Shown here in pieces: positions 1 through 8,107 of a stretch of 32,000 bases of DNA; position 1 is the first letter of the stretch, and every line of letters begins with the position of its first letter. Origin of the DNA: Candidatus Portiera aleyrodidarum (GTDB lineage: Bacteria; Pseudomonadota; Gammaproteobacteria; Johnevansiales; Johnevansiaceae); contig NZ_LN649236.1 in NCBI RefSeq assembly GCF_000953395.1, forward strand, positions 150,001 to 182,000, written 5' to 3'. Under the pieces are notes generated by a model. That model worked only from the letters and a program-made list of their open reading frames with translations, ran no database searches and had not been told where the DNA came from. The position numbers and the translations under genes were made by a program.

Positions 1-581
1 AATCCAGTCATAGAACTTTTTGTACTATACATTTTATTTATACGATCAATTGTTCTATTTAATAATTCATTTATATTTAATATATTTTTAACTCTATATC
101 GTGATTCTGATATTTTAAATATTAATTTTTCAGCTTTATTTATTATTTCTTGCACATTATTACCCTTTCTATTAAAAGCTTCTTCTGCTATTTTATTTGC
201 TATACTTATTAAATTACGCAAAATTGCACGTTCTCTAACTATATCAGCATATGCCACAATATTATTTATTGACGGAGTATTTCTAGATAATTCTGATAAA
301 TAACTTATACCACCAATTTTTTCTAACTTATTGTTTTTTTCTAACGATTCAGCCACAGTTACTATATCTATTATATTATTTTTTTCTGCTATATCTTTAA
401 TAGCATCAAAAATATATTTATGTTCTATACTATAAAAATCTTCATTTATAATAATTTCTGATATTTTATTCCACGCTTCGTTATCAAGCATTAAACCACC
501 TAATATTGATTGTTCTGCTTCTAATGAATGAGGAGGTATTTTTAATTTTTTTATATCTTTATCATTAATTATTTTTTTCAT
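1..581 (-). CDS. dnaB: Replicative DNA helicase DnaB, N-terminal part (5' portion; gene runs off the left edge of the window)
   Basis: My own translation from ATG at 581-579 (minus strand) gives MKKIINDKDIKKLKIPPHSLEAEQSILGGLMLDNEAWNKISEIIINEDFYSIEHKYIFDAIKD...NTPSINNIVAYADIVRERAILRNLISIANKIAEEAF. This is a close match to the DnaB N-terminal domain (E. coli PPHSIEAEQSVLGGLMLDNERWD ... NTPSAANISAYADIVRERAV). It is missing from the ORF track only because it is open-ended. It overlaps the rplI 3' end by 17 nt. Its position after rpsF-rpsR-rplI is the classical one. Confidence 0.9.
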   Translation of the reverse strand, partial: MKKIINDKDIKKLKIPPHSLEAEQSILGGLMLDNEAWNKISEIIINEDFYSIEHKYIFDAIKDIAEKNNIIDIVTVAESLEKNNKLEKIGGISYLSELSRNTPSINNIVAYADIVRERAILRNLISIANKIAEEAFNRKGNNVQEIINKAEKLIFKISESRYRVKNILNINELLNRTIDRINKMYSTKSSMTG

Positions 582-1014
582 TTATTTTTAAACGTTTAAT
601 ATTTATTTTTATATTTATTTTTTCATATAATTTTATTTTATATTCTCCAATTTTTTTTATTATATTTTTATTAATCTTTATTTGATTTTTATTTATTTGT
701 ATTCCATATTTTTCATAAATTTTTTTCGATAAATAACGCCTTCCTATCGAACCAAATAAGTTCCCTGTTGGTCCTGATTTACAAAATAATTCTATATTTA
801 AAGTTTTTAATTTTTTTTTAATTTTGTTTATATGCAATTTATATTCATTTAAAAAGTCATTACGTTTTTCATAAAAAAACTCTATATTTTTTTTCTTTGC
901 TATTATTGCTAAACCTTTTCTTATTAAATAATTTCTAGCATAACCCTTGTTTACATGTACTATATCACCTTTTTTTCCACTTTTTATATTTTTATCAATT
1001 AATATAACTTTCAT
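565..1014 (-). CDS. rplI: 50S ribosomal protein L9
   Basis: 149-aa ORF. MKVILIDKNIKSGKKGDIVHVNKGYARNYLI..KKKNIEFF and GNLFGSIG match L9 (E. coli [46 protein letters not shown]). A GGTGGAG Shine-Dalgarno lies upstream of the ATG. TAA stop. Confidence 0.92.
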   Translation of the reverse strand: MKVILIDKNIKSGKKGDIVHVNKGYARNYLIRKGLAIIAKKKNIEFFYEKRNDFLNEYKLHINKIKKKLKTLNIELFCKSGPTGNLFGSIGRRYLSKKIYEKYGIQINKNQIKINKNIIKKIGEYKIKLYEKINIKINIKRLKINEKNN

Positions 1015-1031
1015 ATCTCCACCCCATTTGT

Positions 1032-1253
1032 TTATATCTTTTTATCAGTATAAGGTAATAAACCCAAATATCTTGCTTTTTTTATTGCTTTAGTTAATTT
1101 TCTCTGGTATTTTAATTTGGTACCTGTTATTCTACTTGGAATTATTTTTCCATTATCAGAAATATATAATTTTAATATATCACTATTTTTATAATCTATT
1201 TCTTTTACTTTTTCAGCTGTAAATCTACAATATTTTTTTTTACGAAATAACAT
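1032..1253 (-). CDS. rpsR: 30S ribosomal protein S18
   Basis: 73-aa ORF with the S18 signature [54 protein letters not shown]. It sits between rpsF and rplI. Confidence 0.95.
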   Translation of the reverse strand: MLFRKKKYCRFTAEKVKEIDYKNSDILKLYISDNGKIIPSRITGTKLKYQRKLTKAIKKARYLGLLPYTDKKI

Positions 1254-1272
1254 TTTTTTTGCCTATTACTCT

Positions 1273-1554
1273 TCAATTTTTTTTAACAATAATATATCTA
1301 ATTATTAATTCATTATATTTTATTTTTTTTTCTATTTGTTTTATAACATATTTTTCACATTGTATATTAATTAATATAATCTTAGCTTTTTTTTGATTTT
1401 TTATTAAATAATATAAATTTAACTTCCCTAAATCTTCAAATTTCTTTATTAATCCTTTATTTTCAATAATTATTTTTATTATTTTTTTGATAATTTCTGC
1501 TATCCAAGTATTTTTATTGACATAAAATAAAATAACTATTTCATAATTCCTCAT
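1273..1554 (-). CDS. rpsF: 30S ribosomal protein S6 (short form, no acidic tail)
   Basis: 93-aa ORF. MRNYEIVILF...FEDLGKLNLYYLIKNQKKAKIILINIQC...IEKKIKYNELIIRYIIV is colinear with E. coli S6 (MRHYEIVFMV...[28 protein letters not shown]...FRFNDAVIRSMVM). An AAGGA SD lies 7 nt upstream. TGA stop. Confidence 0.9.
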   Translation of the reverse strand: MRNYEIVILFYVNKNTWIAEIIKKIIKIIIENKGLIKKFEDLGKLNLYYLIKNQKKAKIILINIQCEKYVIKQIEKKIKYNELIIRYIIVKKN

Positions 1555-1577
1555 TTTTCTATCCTTATAATAACTAA

Positions 1578-1651
1578 CGGATCGGACGGGACTTGAACCC
1601 GCGACCTTCGGCGTGACAAGCCGATATTCTAACCAACTAAACTACCGATCC
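1578..1651 (-). tRNA. tRNA-Asp (anticodon GTC)
   Basis: Minus-strand sequence GGATCGGTAGTTTAGTTGGTTAGAATATCGGCTTGTCACGCCGAAGGTCGCGGGTTCAAGTCCCGTCCGATCC. It forms a cloverleaf with a 7-bp acceptor stem, anticodon loop TTGTCAC and a GGTTCAAGTCC T-arm. It is very similar to E. coli tRNA-Asp. No encoded CCA. Confidence 0.92.
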
Positions 1652-2368
1652 TTTTTTTTGGGTAGTGCAAGATTCGAACTTGCGACCCTCAGTTTGTAAT
1701 ACTGATGCTCTTCCTACTGAGCTAACCACCCCCTTTAATAAGTTCCATAATGCTAACCGAATAATATAATTGGATTCTGGTATACGTTCTATTTCTAATA
1801 TTTTTATTTTATTTTTTATTCTTCTATTTAAATATAAACCTCCTTTTCCTGTACATATAAATTTCTTTAAATTATACATTTTTATATTTATTTTTTTATT
1901 TATATTTATTTTTTTTTCTTTACTTAAAGATATAGGTATATGAAAATAATATCCTTTATTTTTTAATTCAAAAATACCTATATTATATATATATTTACTA
2001 ATTTTAATACTACTAATTATAAATGAATAATTATAATCAAACCATGCTCCTAATGCTATAGCTTTTAATTTTGATATTTTAAATATAGGTATATTTAAAA
2101 TATATGCTATTCCTTTACTTATACATTTTATTATTTTTATATTTTTTATATCTCCTATTGTTTTCCCATAAATTAAATAATTTATTTCTGATAAATTAAT
2201 TTTTTTTGTATTTAAAATATTTTTTAAAAATAAAAAAAATAAAATATTATTTTCATATTTATTTTTTTTATAAAATCCTATTATTTTTATAATTGTATTT
2301 TTTTTTAATTTATATAAAGATATAGAATAATTCTTATAAGAATAATCTATCGATAATAATATTTTCAT
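1637..2368 (-). CDS. tsaB: tRNA threonylcarbamoyladenosine biosynthesis protein TsaB (YeaZ-like); the reading frame runs into the downstream tRNA genes
   Basis: MKILLSIDYS...INYLIYGKTIGDIKNIKIIKCISKGIAYILNIPIFKISKLKAIALGAW is colinear with E. coli TsaB (MRILAIDTAT...[48 protein letters not shown]). Homology ends near ...RLALWNLLKG (about aa 212). The last 31 codons are tRNA-Val, spacer and tRNA-Asp sequence read as protein, ending at TAG 1639-1637. The true 3' end is therefore uncertain. Confidence 0.7.
   Translation of the reverse strand: MKILLSIDYSYKNYSISLYKLKKNTIIKIIGFYKKNKYENNILFFLFLKNILNTKKINLSEINYLIYGKTIGDIKNIKIIKCISKGIAYILNIPIFKISKLKAIALGAWFDYNYSFIISSIKISKYIYNIGIFELKNKGYYFHIPISLSKEKKININKKINIKMYNLKKFICTGKGGLYLNRRIKNKIKILEIERIPESNYIIRLALWNLLKGVVSSVGRASVLQTEGRKFESCTTQKKGSVV
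1659..1731 (-). tRNA. tRNA-Val (anticodon TAC)
   Basis: Minus-strand sequence GGGTGGTTAGCTCAGTAGGAAGAGCATCAGTATTACAAACTGAGGGTCGCAAGTTCGAATCTTGCACTACCCA. The anticodon stem TCAGT/ACTGA flanks the loop ATTACAA. The acceptor stem pairs with one G-U. A 7-nt A-run separates it from tRNA-Asp. No encoded CCA. Confidence 0.92.
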
Positions 2369-2371
2369 TAT

Positions 2372-3466
2372 TTAATAAATAATTAAATTACGAATATCAT
2401 CTAATAATTTTATTATAAAGTTAAGAAATTTGGCTGCATACACGCCATTTATAAATCTATGATCATAAGATATACAAATTGGTAACATTATTTTAGGTTT
2501 AAATTCTTTTCCATTCCAAATGGGTTTAATTTGATTTTTCCCAATACCTAAAATCCCTACTTCCGGACTATTAATTATTGGAGTAAAACCTTGACCACCT
2601 ATTATTCCTAAATTTGATATTGTAAAACAACCTCCAATCATATCATCAATTTTATTTTTGCCTAATAAAGTTCTTTTTGTTAATTCTTTTAATTCTAAAG
2701 CAATATCAATTATATTTTTTTTATCTACATGTTTTATTACAGGAACTAATAAACCTTTTGATGTATTCATAGCAATACTAATATTAATATATTTTTTTAA
2801 AATTATTTTATTTTTTTTTATATCAAAAAACATATTAAATTTATAAAATTGTTTTAAAGCACACGAACATACTTTAATTAGAAAAGATAATAATGTTATT
2901 TTTATACCTATTTCATATTTTATTTTTTTTCTAATTTTTTCTACTTTAGTAACATCTATTTCATCAAAATGAGTTACATGAGGTATCGTTCTCCAACTAT
3001 TCTGTAAATTTTTAGCACTAATACTTAATAAGTTATTTATATGTTTTTCTTCTATATCTTTCGTATTTATATACTTCTGTATATCTTCTTTTAAAATACA
3101 ATTTTTATTACCACTACCTATTATTTTATTTTTTGCTAAATCAATACCTATTTTTCTTGCCATTAATCTAACAGCTGGACCAGCATGTATACCAATTTCT
3201 TTTTTTAAACTAACTTTATCTTTTTTATTTATAATTTCTTCTTCTATTTCAATTATTGAATTACCTGAATATATCTTATCACCTTCTTTTATTAAAATAT
3301 TTTTTATTTTTCCTGATTTTGGTGATGGTAAATCTATAGTAGCTTTTTCTGATTCTAAAACCACTATAGTATCATCTTTTTTTATAACATCCCCAACTTT
3401 TACTGGTATTTCTATTACTTCAACTTTTTTATTTATATCACCTATTGCAGGTAGTTTAATGATCAA
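2372..3466 (-). CDS. aceF: Pyruvate dehydrogenase E2 component (dihydrolipoamide acetyltransferase), single lipoyl domain
   Basis: 364 aa. The N-terminal lipoyl domain has VLESEKATIDLPSP (lipoyl-lysine motif). The subunit-binding domain has AGPAVRLMARKIGIDL. The catalytic domain has SYDHRFINGVYAAKFL (DHR active-site motif). It starts at TTG 3466-3464, preceded by an AAGGA SD, and lies directly downstream of aceE. Confidence 0.9.
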   Translation of the reverse strand: MIIKLPAIGDINKKVEVIEIPVKVGDVIKKDDTIVVLESEKATIDLPSPKSGKIKNILIKEGDKIYSGNSIIEIEEEIINKKDKVSLKKEIGIHAGPAVRLMARKIGIDLAKNKIIGSGNKNCILKEDIQKYINTKDIEEKHINNLLSISAKNLQNSWRTIPHVTHFDEIDVTKVEKIRKKIKYEIGIKITLLSFLIKVCSCALKQFYKFNMFFDIKKNKIILKKYINISIAMNTSKGLLVPVIKHVDKKNIIDIALELKELTKRTLLGKNKIDDMIGGCFTISNLGIIGGQGFTPIINSPEVGILGIGKNQIKPIWNGKEFKPKIMLPICISYDHRFINGVYAAKFLNFIIKLLDDIRNLIIY

Positions 3467-3477
3467 GTTATTTCCTT

Positions 3478-6093
3478 TTATAACATTAATGGATTTATTT
3501 TTTTAGTATTTATATCATATTTTTTTAAAGCATTTTTTACAATAGATCTATCTATTATTCCTTTGTTATTTAGTGATTTTAAAGAAATTATTGTTATAAA
3601 ATAACGATCTACTTCAAAAAAATAACGTAATTTTTTACGAGTATCTGATCTTCCATAACCATCTGTACCCAATACATAATAATCATTTGGTACCCAAGCA
3701 CGTACTTGATCTGCATATAATTTTATATAATCTGTGCTTGCTATTATTGGACTTTTATATTTTTCTAAACATTTTGTGATCCATGGTTTTAATGTGTTAG
3801 TTTTTTCACACATTAAATTTTTTTTTCTATCCATTTCTAATGCTTCTCTTCTTAATTCATTAAAACTAGTTACACTCCAAATATTAGAAGCAATATTAAA
3901 TTCATCTCTTAAAATTTCAGATGCATATTCTACTTCACGTAAAATAGTACCAGACCCTAATAATTGTACTTGTAATTTTATATTTTTTGTTTTTGTTTCC
4001 CGTAATAAATACATTCCACGTATTATTCCTTCTTCACATTTTTTTGGTTTTGTTGGATGTAAATACTTTTCATTCATTAAACTTATATAATAATAACACT
4101 TTTCTTTATTTACATACATTGTTTTTAAACCGTTTTGTAATATTACTGCTAATTCATAAGAATATGTTGGATCATAAGAACGACAACTTGGTATTATTGA
4201 TGCTAATACTTGACCATGACCATCTTGATGTTGCAAACCTTCGCCGTTTAATGTAGTTCTCCCTGATGTACCTCCTAATAAAAACCCTCTAGATTGTAAA
4301 TCACCAGCTGCCCATGCTAAATCCCCTATTCTTTGAAAACCAAACATTGAATAATAAATATAAAAAGGTATTAAAGTATAACTATGATTTGCATAAGATG
4401 TTGCTGCTGCAATCCAAGAAGACATCGAGCCTAATTCATTAATACCCTCTTCAATAATTTGACCTTTTTTATCTTCTTTATAATAAATTAATTTTTCTGC
4501 ATCCATAGGTATATATTTTTGTCCTTCTATTGAATAAATTCCTACTTTACTAAACATAGTTTCCATTCCAAAAGTTCTAGCTTCATCTGGTAAAATAGGT
4601 ACTATTCTTTTACCTATATTTTTATTTTGCATTAAACTATTTATTATACGTACACAAATCATTGTAGTAGAAAGTTTTCTATTTCCTATCTTTTTTATGA
4701 TCTTATCAACTATTGTCTTTTCTAAAGAATGTATTTTTAATTCAAACCTTTTTCCATTACGTTTAGGTAAATATCCATTAAGTTTTTTTCGACATTCATG
4801 TATATATTTGATTTCAGGTGAATCTTCATCGGGTTTATAAAATGGAATATTATTTTCTTTTATATGTTCATTTTTTATAGGTATTTCAAATCTATCTCTA
4901 AACCTTTTTAATGCTTTATAATCTATACTCTTTACATTATGAGATTCCATACTTGATTCGAACTTATATATACCATATCCTTTTATTGTATGTGCTACAA
5001 TTACTGTAGGTTTTCTAAAAGAATTATGAAAAGCTTCATAATACGCCGCATATACTTTTTGAGAATCATGACCCCCTCTTGTAAGATTTGAAATTTCTTT
5101 ATCTGATATTTTTTTCACCAATGTTGCTGTTTCTTGATATTTTCCAAACAAATGTTCTTTTGTATATTTTCCCCCTAACGCTTGATATCTTTGATATTCC
5201 CCATCTATTGTTTCATTTATACATTTTTGTAAACTTCCTTTCTTATCTTTTTCCAATAAACTATCCCATCCACCACCCCAAACTACTTTGATTACATTCC
5301 AATTCGCTCCTTTAAATATTTGTTCTAACTCCTCAATTATTCTACCATTACCACGTACCGGACCATCTAATCTTTGTAAATTACAATTTATTACAAATAT
5401 CAAATTATCTAATTTTTCTCTGCTTGCAACATTTATTGCTCCTATTGTTTCTACTTCATCACATTCCCCATCTCCTACAAATGCCCATACTTTTCTATCT
5501 TTCATATTTTTTATCCCACGCGAATCCATATATTTCATTAATCGAGCTTGATATATAGCTTGTAATGGACCTAATCCCATTGATACCGTGGGAAATTGCC
5601 AATACTTTGGCATTAAATATGGATGAGGATATGCCGATAACCCTTCTCCTTTTATTTCTTTTCTAAAATTATCTAACTGATTTTCTTTTAAACGACTTTC
5701 TAAATAAGAGCGTGCATATATTCCTGGTGCTATATGTCCTTGAAAATATATTAAATCTCCTTCAAAGTTATTATTTTTTCCTCTAAAAAAATGATTAAAT
5801 CCTACTTCGTATAAAGTACAGCTGGACATATAACTGGCTATATGTCCACCTAAATTCTTTTTTTTATTAGCTCTCATTATTAATGCTATCGTATTCCATC
5901 TAACAGCAGAACGTATTTTACTTTCCAAATATGTATTACCTGGATTGGTTTTTTCACAATTTTTTGGTATTGTATTTTTATAATCCTGATAATATTTATT
6001 TAATATATTAGTTTTTATTATATATTTATTCTTTATATAATTAATTATATTTTTTAATAAACTTTTTACACAAAACATCCCCTCTAGATCCAT
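3478..6093 (-). CDS. aceE: Pyruvate dehydrogenase E1 component (homodimeric AceE type)
   Basis: 871 aa with long colinear identity to E. coli AceE (IRSAVRWNTIALIMRANKK, GGHIASYMSS, YFQGHIAPGIYARSYLE, YWQFPTVSMGLGP, VWAFVGDGECDE, NLQRLDGPVRGNG, GTDGYGRSDTR). GAGGTG SD before the ATG. TAA stop. Confidence 0.96.
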   Translation of the reverse strand: MDLEGMFCVKSLLKNIINYIKNKYIIKTNILNKYYQDYKNTIPKNCEKTNPGNTYLESKIRSAVRWNTIALIMRANKKKNLGGHIASYMSSCTLYEVGFNHFFRGKNNNFEGDLIYFQGHIAPGIYARSYLESRLKENQLDNFRKEIKGEGLSAYPHPYLMPKYWQFPTVSMGLGPLQAIYQARLMKYMDSRGIKNMKDRKVWAFVGDGECDEVETIGAINVASREKLDNLIFVINCNLQRLDGPVRGNGRIIEELEQIFKGANWNVIKVVWGGGWDSLLEKDKKGSLQKCINETIDGEYQRYQALGGKYTKEHLFGKYQETATLVKKISDKEISNLTRGGHDSQKVYAAYYEAFHNSFRKPTVIVAHTIKGYGIYKFESSMESHNVKSIDYKALKRFRDRFEIPIKNEHIKENNIPFYKPDEDSPEIKYIHECRKKLNGYLPKRNGKRFELKIHSLEKTIVDKIIKKIGNRKLSTTMICVRIINSLMQNKNIGKRIVPILPDEARTFGMETMFSKVGIYSIEGQKYIPMDAEKLIYYKEDKKGQIIEEGINELGSMSSWIAAATSYANHSYTLIPFYIYYSMFGFQRIGDLAWAAGDLQSRGFLLGGTSGRTTLNGEGLQHQDGHGQVLASIIPSCRSYDPTYSYELAVILQNGLKTMYVNKEKCYYYISLMNEKYLHPTKPKKCEEGIIRGMYLLRETKTKNIKLQVQLLGSGTILREVEYASEILRDEFNIASNIWSVTSFNELRREALEMDRKKNLMCEKTNTLKPWITKCLEKYKSPIIASTDYIKLYADQVRAWVPNDYYVLGTDGYGRSDTRKKLRYFFEVDRYFITIISLKSLNNKGIIDRSIVKNALKKYDINTKKINPLML

Positions 6094-6120
6094 GACTTCA
6101 CCTCTATCTTTTTATCCATT

Positions 6121-6133
6121 ATGATCCGATCAT
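6121..6133. repeat. Perfect 13-nt palindrome ATGATC-C-GATCAT in the 41-nt dapA/aceE spacer
   Basis: Read directly from the sequence at 6121-6133. Two 6-nt arms are separated by one nucleotide, and the element contains two GATC sites. It lies between the dapA stop (6135-6137) and the aceE SD and ATG (6093). Function unknown. Confidence 0.35.
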
Positions 6134-6134
6134 C

Positions 6135-7013
6135 CTATTTTATTATTTTTAATACTTTTAATGTTTTTAATACCGTAGCATGATATTTTTTTGATAACCA
6201 TGTTAAAGGTAATCTTATTCCTTTTTTTACTAACCCCATTTTATTTAATGCCCATTTTACTGGTATAGGATTTGATTCAATACTTAATGCATAATGTAAA
6301 GGCATTAATTTTTTATTTATTTTATATGCTAATTCCATATTACCTTTTCTTGATGCTATACATAAATCATGCATTGTTTTAGGTACTATATTCGATGAAA
6401 CCGAAATAACACCATGACCACCTGATAATATAAACTCACACGCTGTACTATCATCACCTGAATATAAATAAAAATCTTTATATTTTACTTTTTCAATTAA
6501 TTCTACAGCTCTTTCTAAATCTCCTGAAGATTCTTTTATTCCTACTATATTTTCAATATTTGATAATTTTAAAATTGTTTCATTATATATATCTACACCT
6601 GTTCTGTTAGGAACATTATATATAATTATTGGTAATCCTACAGCCGATACTTCTTTAAAATGTTTATACATCCCTTCTTGAGTTGGTTTATTATAATATG
6701 GTGTGACTGATAACCCATACTCGGCACCTGCCTCTTTAGCCATTTTTGTTAAATTTACAGCATCCATTGTTGAATTTGCACCTATTCCTGCTATTACGGG
6801 TATATTTTTATTAACTTCATTAACAATTGTACGTATTACTTTAAAATGTTCCTCTAATGTCATTGTAGTATTTTCACCTGTTGTTCCAGCTGCTAATATT
6901 GCATCCGTTTTATTTTCTAAATGAAATTTTACTAATTTTCTTAAGGATTCCCAATCTATTACACCATTTTTTTTCATTGGTGTAGCCATTGCAACTATAC
7001 TTCCCCTAATCAT
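6135..7013 (-). CDS. dapA: 4-hydroxy-tetrahydrodipicolinate synthase
   Basis: 292 aa. [10 protein letters not shown]...GTTGE...[11 protein letters not shown]...[10 protein letters not shown]...VGIKESSGD match DapA signatures, including the Schiff-base lysine context (GIKE). The ATG overlaps the dnaX TGA stop (ATGA). Confidence 0.95.
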   Translation of the reverse strand: MIRGSIVAMATPMKKNGVIDWESLRKLVKFHLENKTDAILAAGTTGENTTMTLEEHFKVIRTIVNEVNKNIPVIAGIGANSTMDAVNLTKMAKEAGAEYGLSVTPYYNKPTQEGMYKHFKEVSAVGLPIIIYNVPNRTGVDIYNETILKLSNIENIVGIKESSGDLERAVELIEKVKYKDFYLYSGDDSTACEFILSGGHGVISVSSNIVPKTMHDLCIASRKGNMELAYKINKKLMPLHYALSIESNPIPVKWALNKMGLVKKGIRLPLTWLSKKYHATVLKTLKVLKIIK

Positions 7014-8107
7014 ATATTAACCTCTTTTTTTAAAAATATTATTTTTAATAAAATCATTTCTAAACCCGATTTCAAATCTGGTACTACTAACATAGTTTTA
7101 CGTCCTTTTAATATTATTTTATAATATATATTTATTTCGTCTATAGTAAACTTATTAGAAAAATAAATTAATTCTTTATCTATCTCTTCTTTTATTAATT
7201 TAAAATAATTTGGTATTATTTTTGATAAAGCTATTTTATGAAATAAAATAATTAATTCATCACATATATATATAAAATCTACTCCTAACTCATATAAATT
7301 TCTTATTACTTTTAACACTTTATCTATATCACTTTGTATTAAAGCTTTTACTATTAAATATATATAATTTTTATTTATTACTCCTATCAATTTTATTATA
7401 TGTTTTTCTTTTATTTTTTTTCCACAAAAACTAATAGATTGTTCTACTAACGATAAAGCATCTCTCATAGACCCTTTTGAAACTTTACAGATTAATTTTA
7501 ATGCACTATTTTCTATTAATAGTTTTTCGACAAATAATATTTTTTTTAAATATTTCATCATTAATTTAATAGGTATTAGTTTTAAATTAAATTGTAAACA
7601 TCTTGATAAAATTGTAATTGGTATTTTTTTTAAATTAGTCGTTGCTAATAAAAATTTTATATATTCTGGAGGTTCTTCTAAAGTTTTTAATAAAGCATTA
7701 AAACTATATAAAGAAAGCATATGTACTTCATCTATTAAATATATTTTATAACGACCTATAACAGGAGGATATTTTATATCTTCTAATATTTTTTTTGTTT
7801 CTTCCACTTTAGTACGTGACGCAGCATCTACTTCTATTAAATCACTAAAGTTTCCTATATTTATTAATTGACAATTCTTACATTTTTCACATGTATTGAT
7901 TACTATCCCTTTTTCACAGTTTAAACATTTTGCAAATATTCTTGCTATTGTTGTTTTTCCAACACCCCTAGTACCTGTAAATAAATAAGCATGATGTAAT
8001 CTATAATTTTTTATAGAATTTTTTAAAGATTTTATTACATGTTTTTGCCCTATTAACTCATCTAAAGTTTTGGGTCTTAATTTGAGAGCTAAAACTACAT
8101 GTCTCAT
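7010..8107 (-). CDS. dnaX: DNA polymerase III subunit gamma/tau, short form (domains I-III only)
   Basis: 365 aa. [42 protein letters not shown] (P-loop), the C-x8-C-x2-C-x2-C Zn module, [49 protein letters not shown] and ILSRCLQF are nearly identical to E. coli DnaX. The protein ends where E. coli domain III ends. Confidence 0.9.
   Translation of the reverse strand: MRHVVLALKLRPKTLDELIGQKHVIKSLKNSIKNYRLHHAYLFTGTRGVGKTTIARIFAKCLNCEKGIVINTCEKCKNCQLINIGNFSDLIEVDAASRTKVEETKKILEDIKYPPVIGRYKIYLIDEVHMLSLYSFNALLKTLEEPPEYIKFLLATTNLKKIPITILSRCLQFNLKLIPIKLMMKYLKKILFVEKLLIENSALKLICKVSKGSMRDALSLVEQSISFCGKKIKEKHIIKLIGVINKNYIYLIVKALIQSDIDKVLKVIRNLYELGVDFIYICDELIILFHKIALSKIIPNYFKLIKEEIDKELIYFSNKFTIDEINIYYKIILKGRKTMLVVPDLKSGLEMILLKIIFLKKEVNI

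Noticed and set aside
2658-5551. Plus-strand ORFs 2658-2846, 3734-4090, 3987-4256, 5088-5291 and 5288-5551
   Set aside because: All lie antisense within aceF or aceE, which have unambiguous homology. Their products are low-complexity Phe/Leu/Ile-rich strings, as expected from reading a Lys/Asn/Ile-rich gene backwards. These are shadow ORFs.
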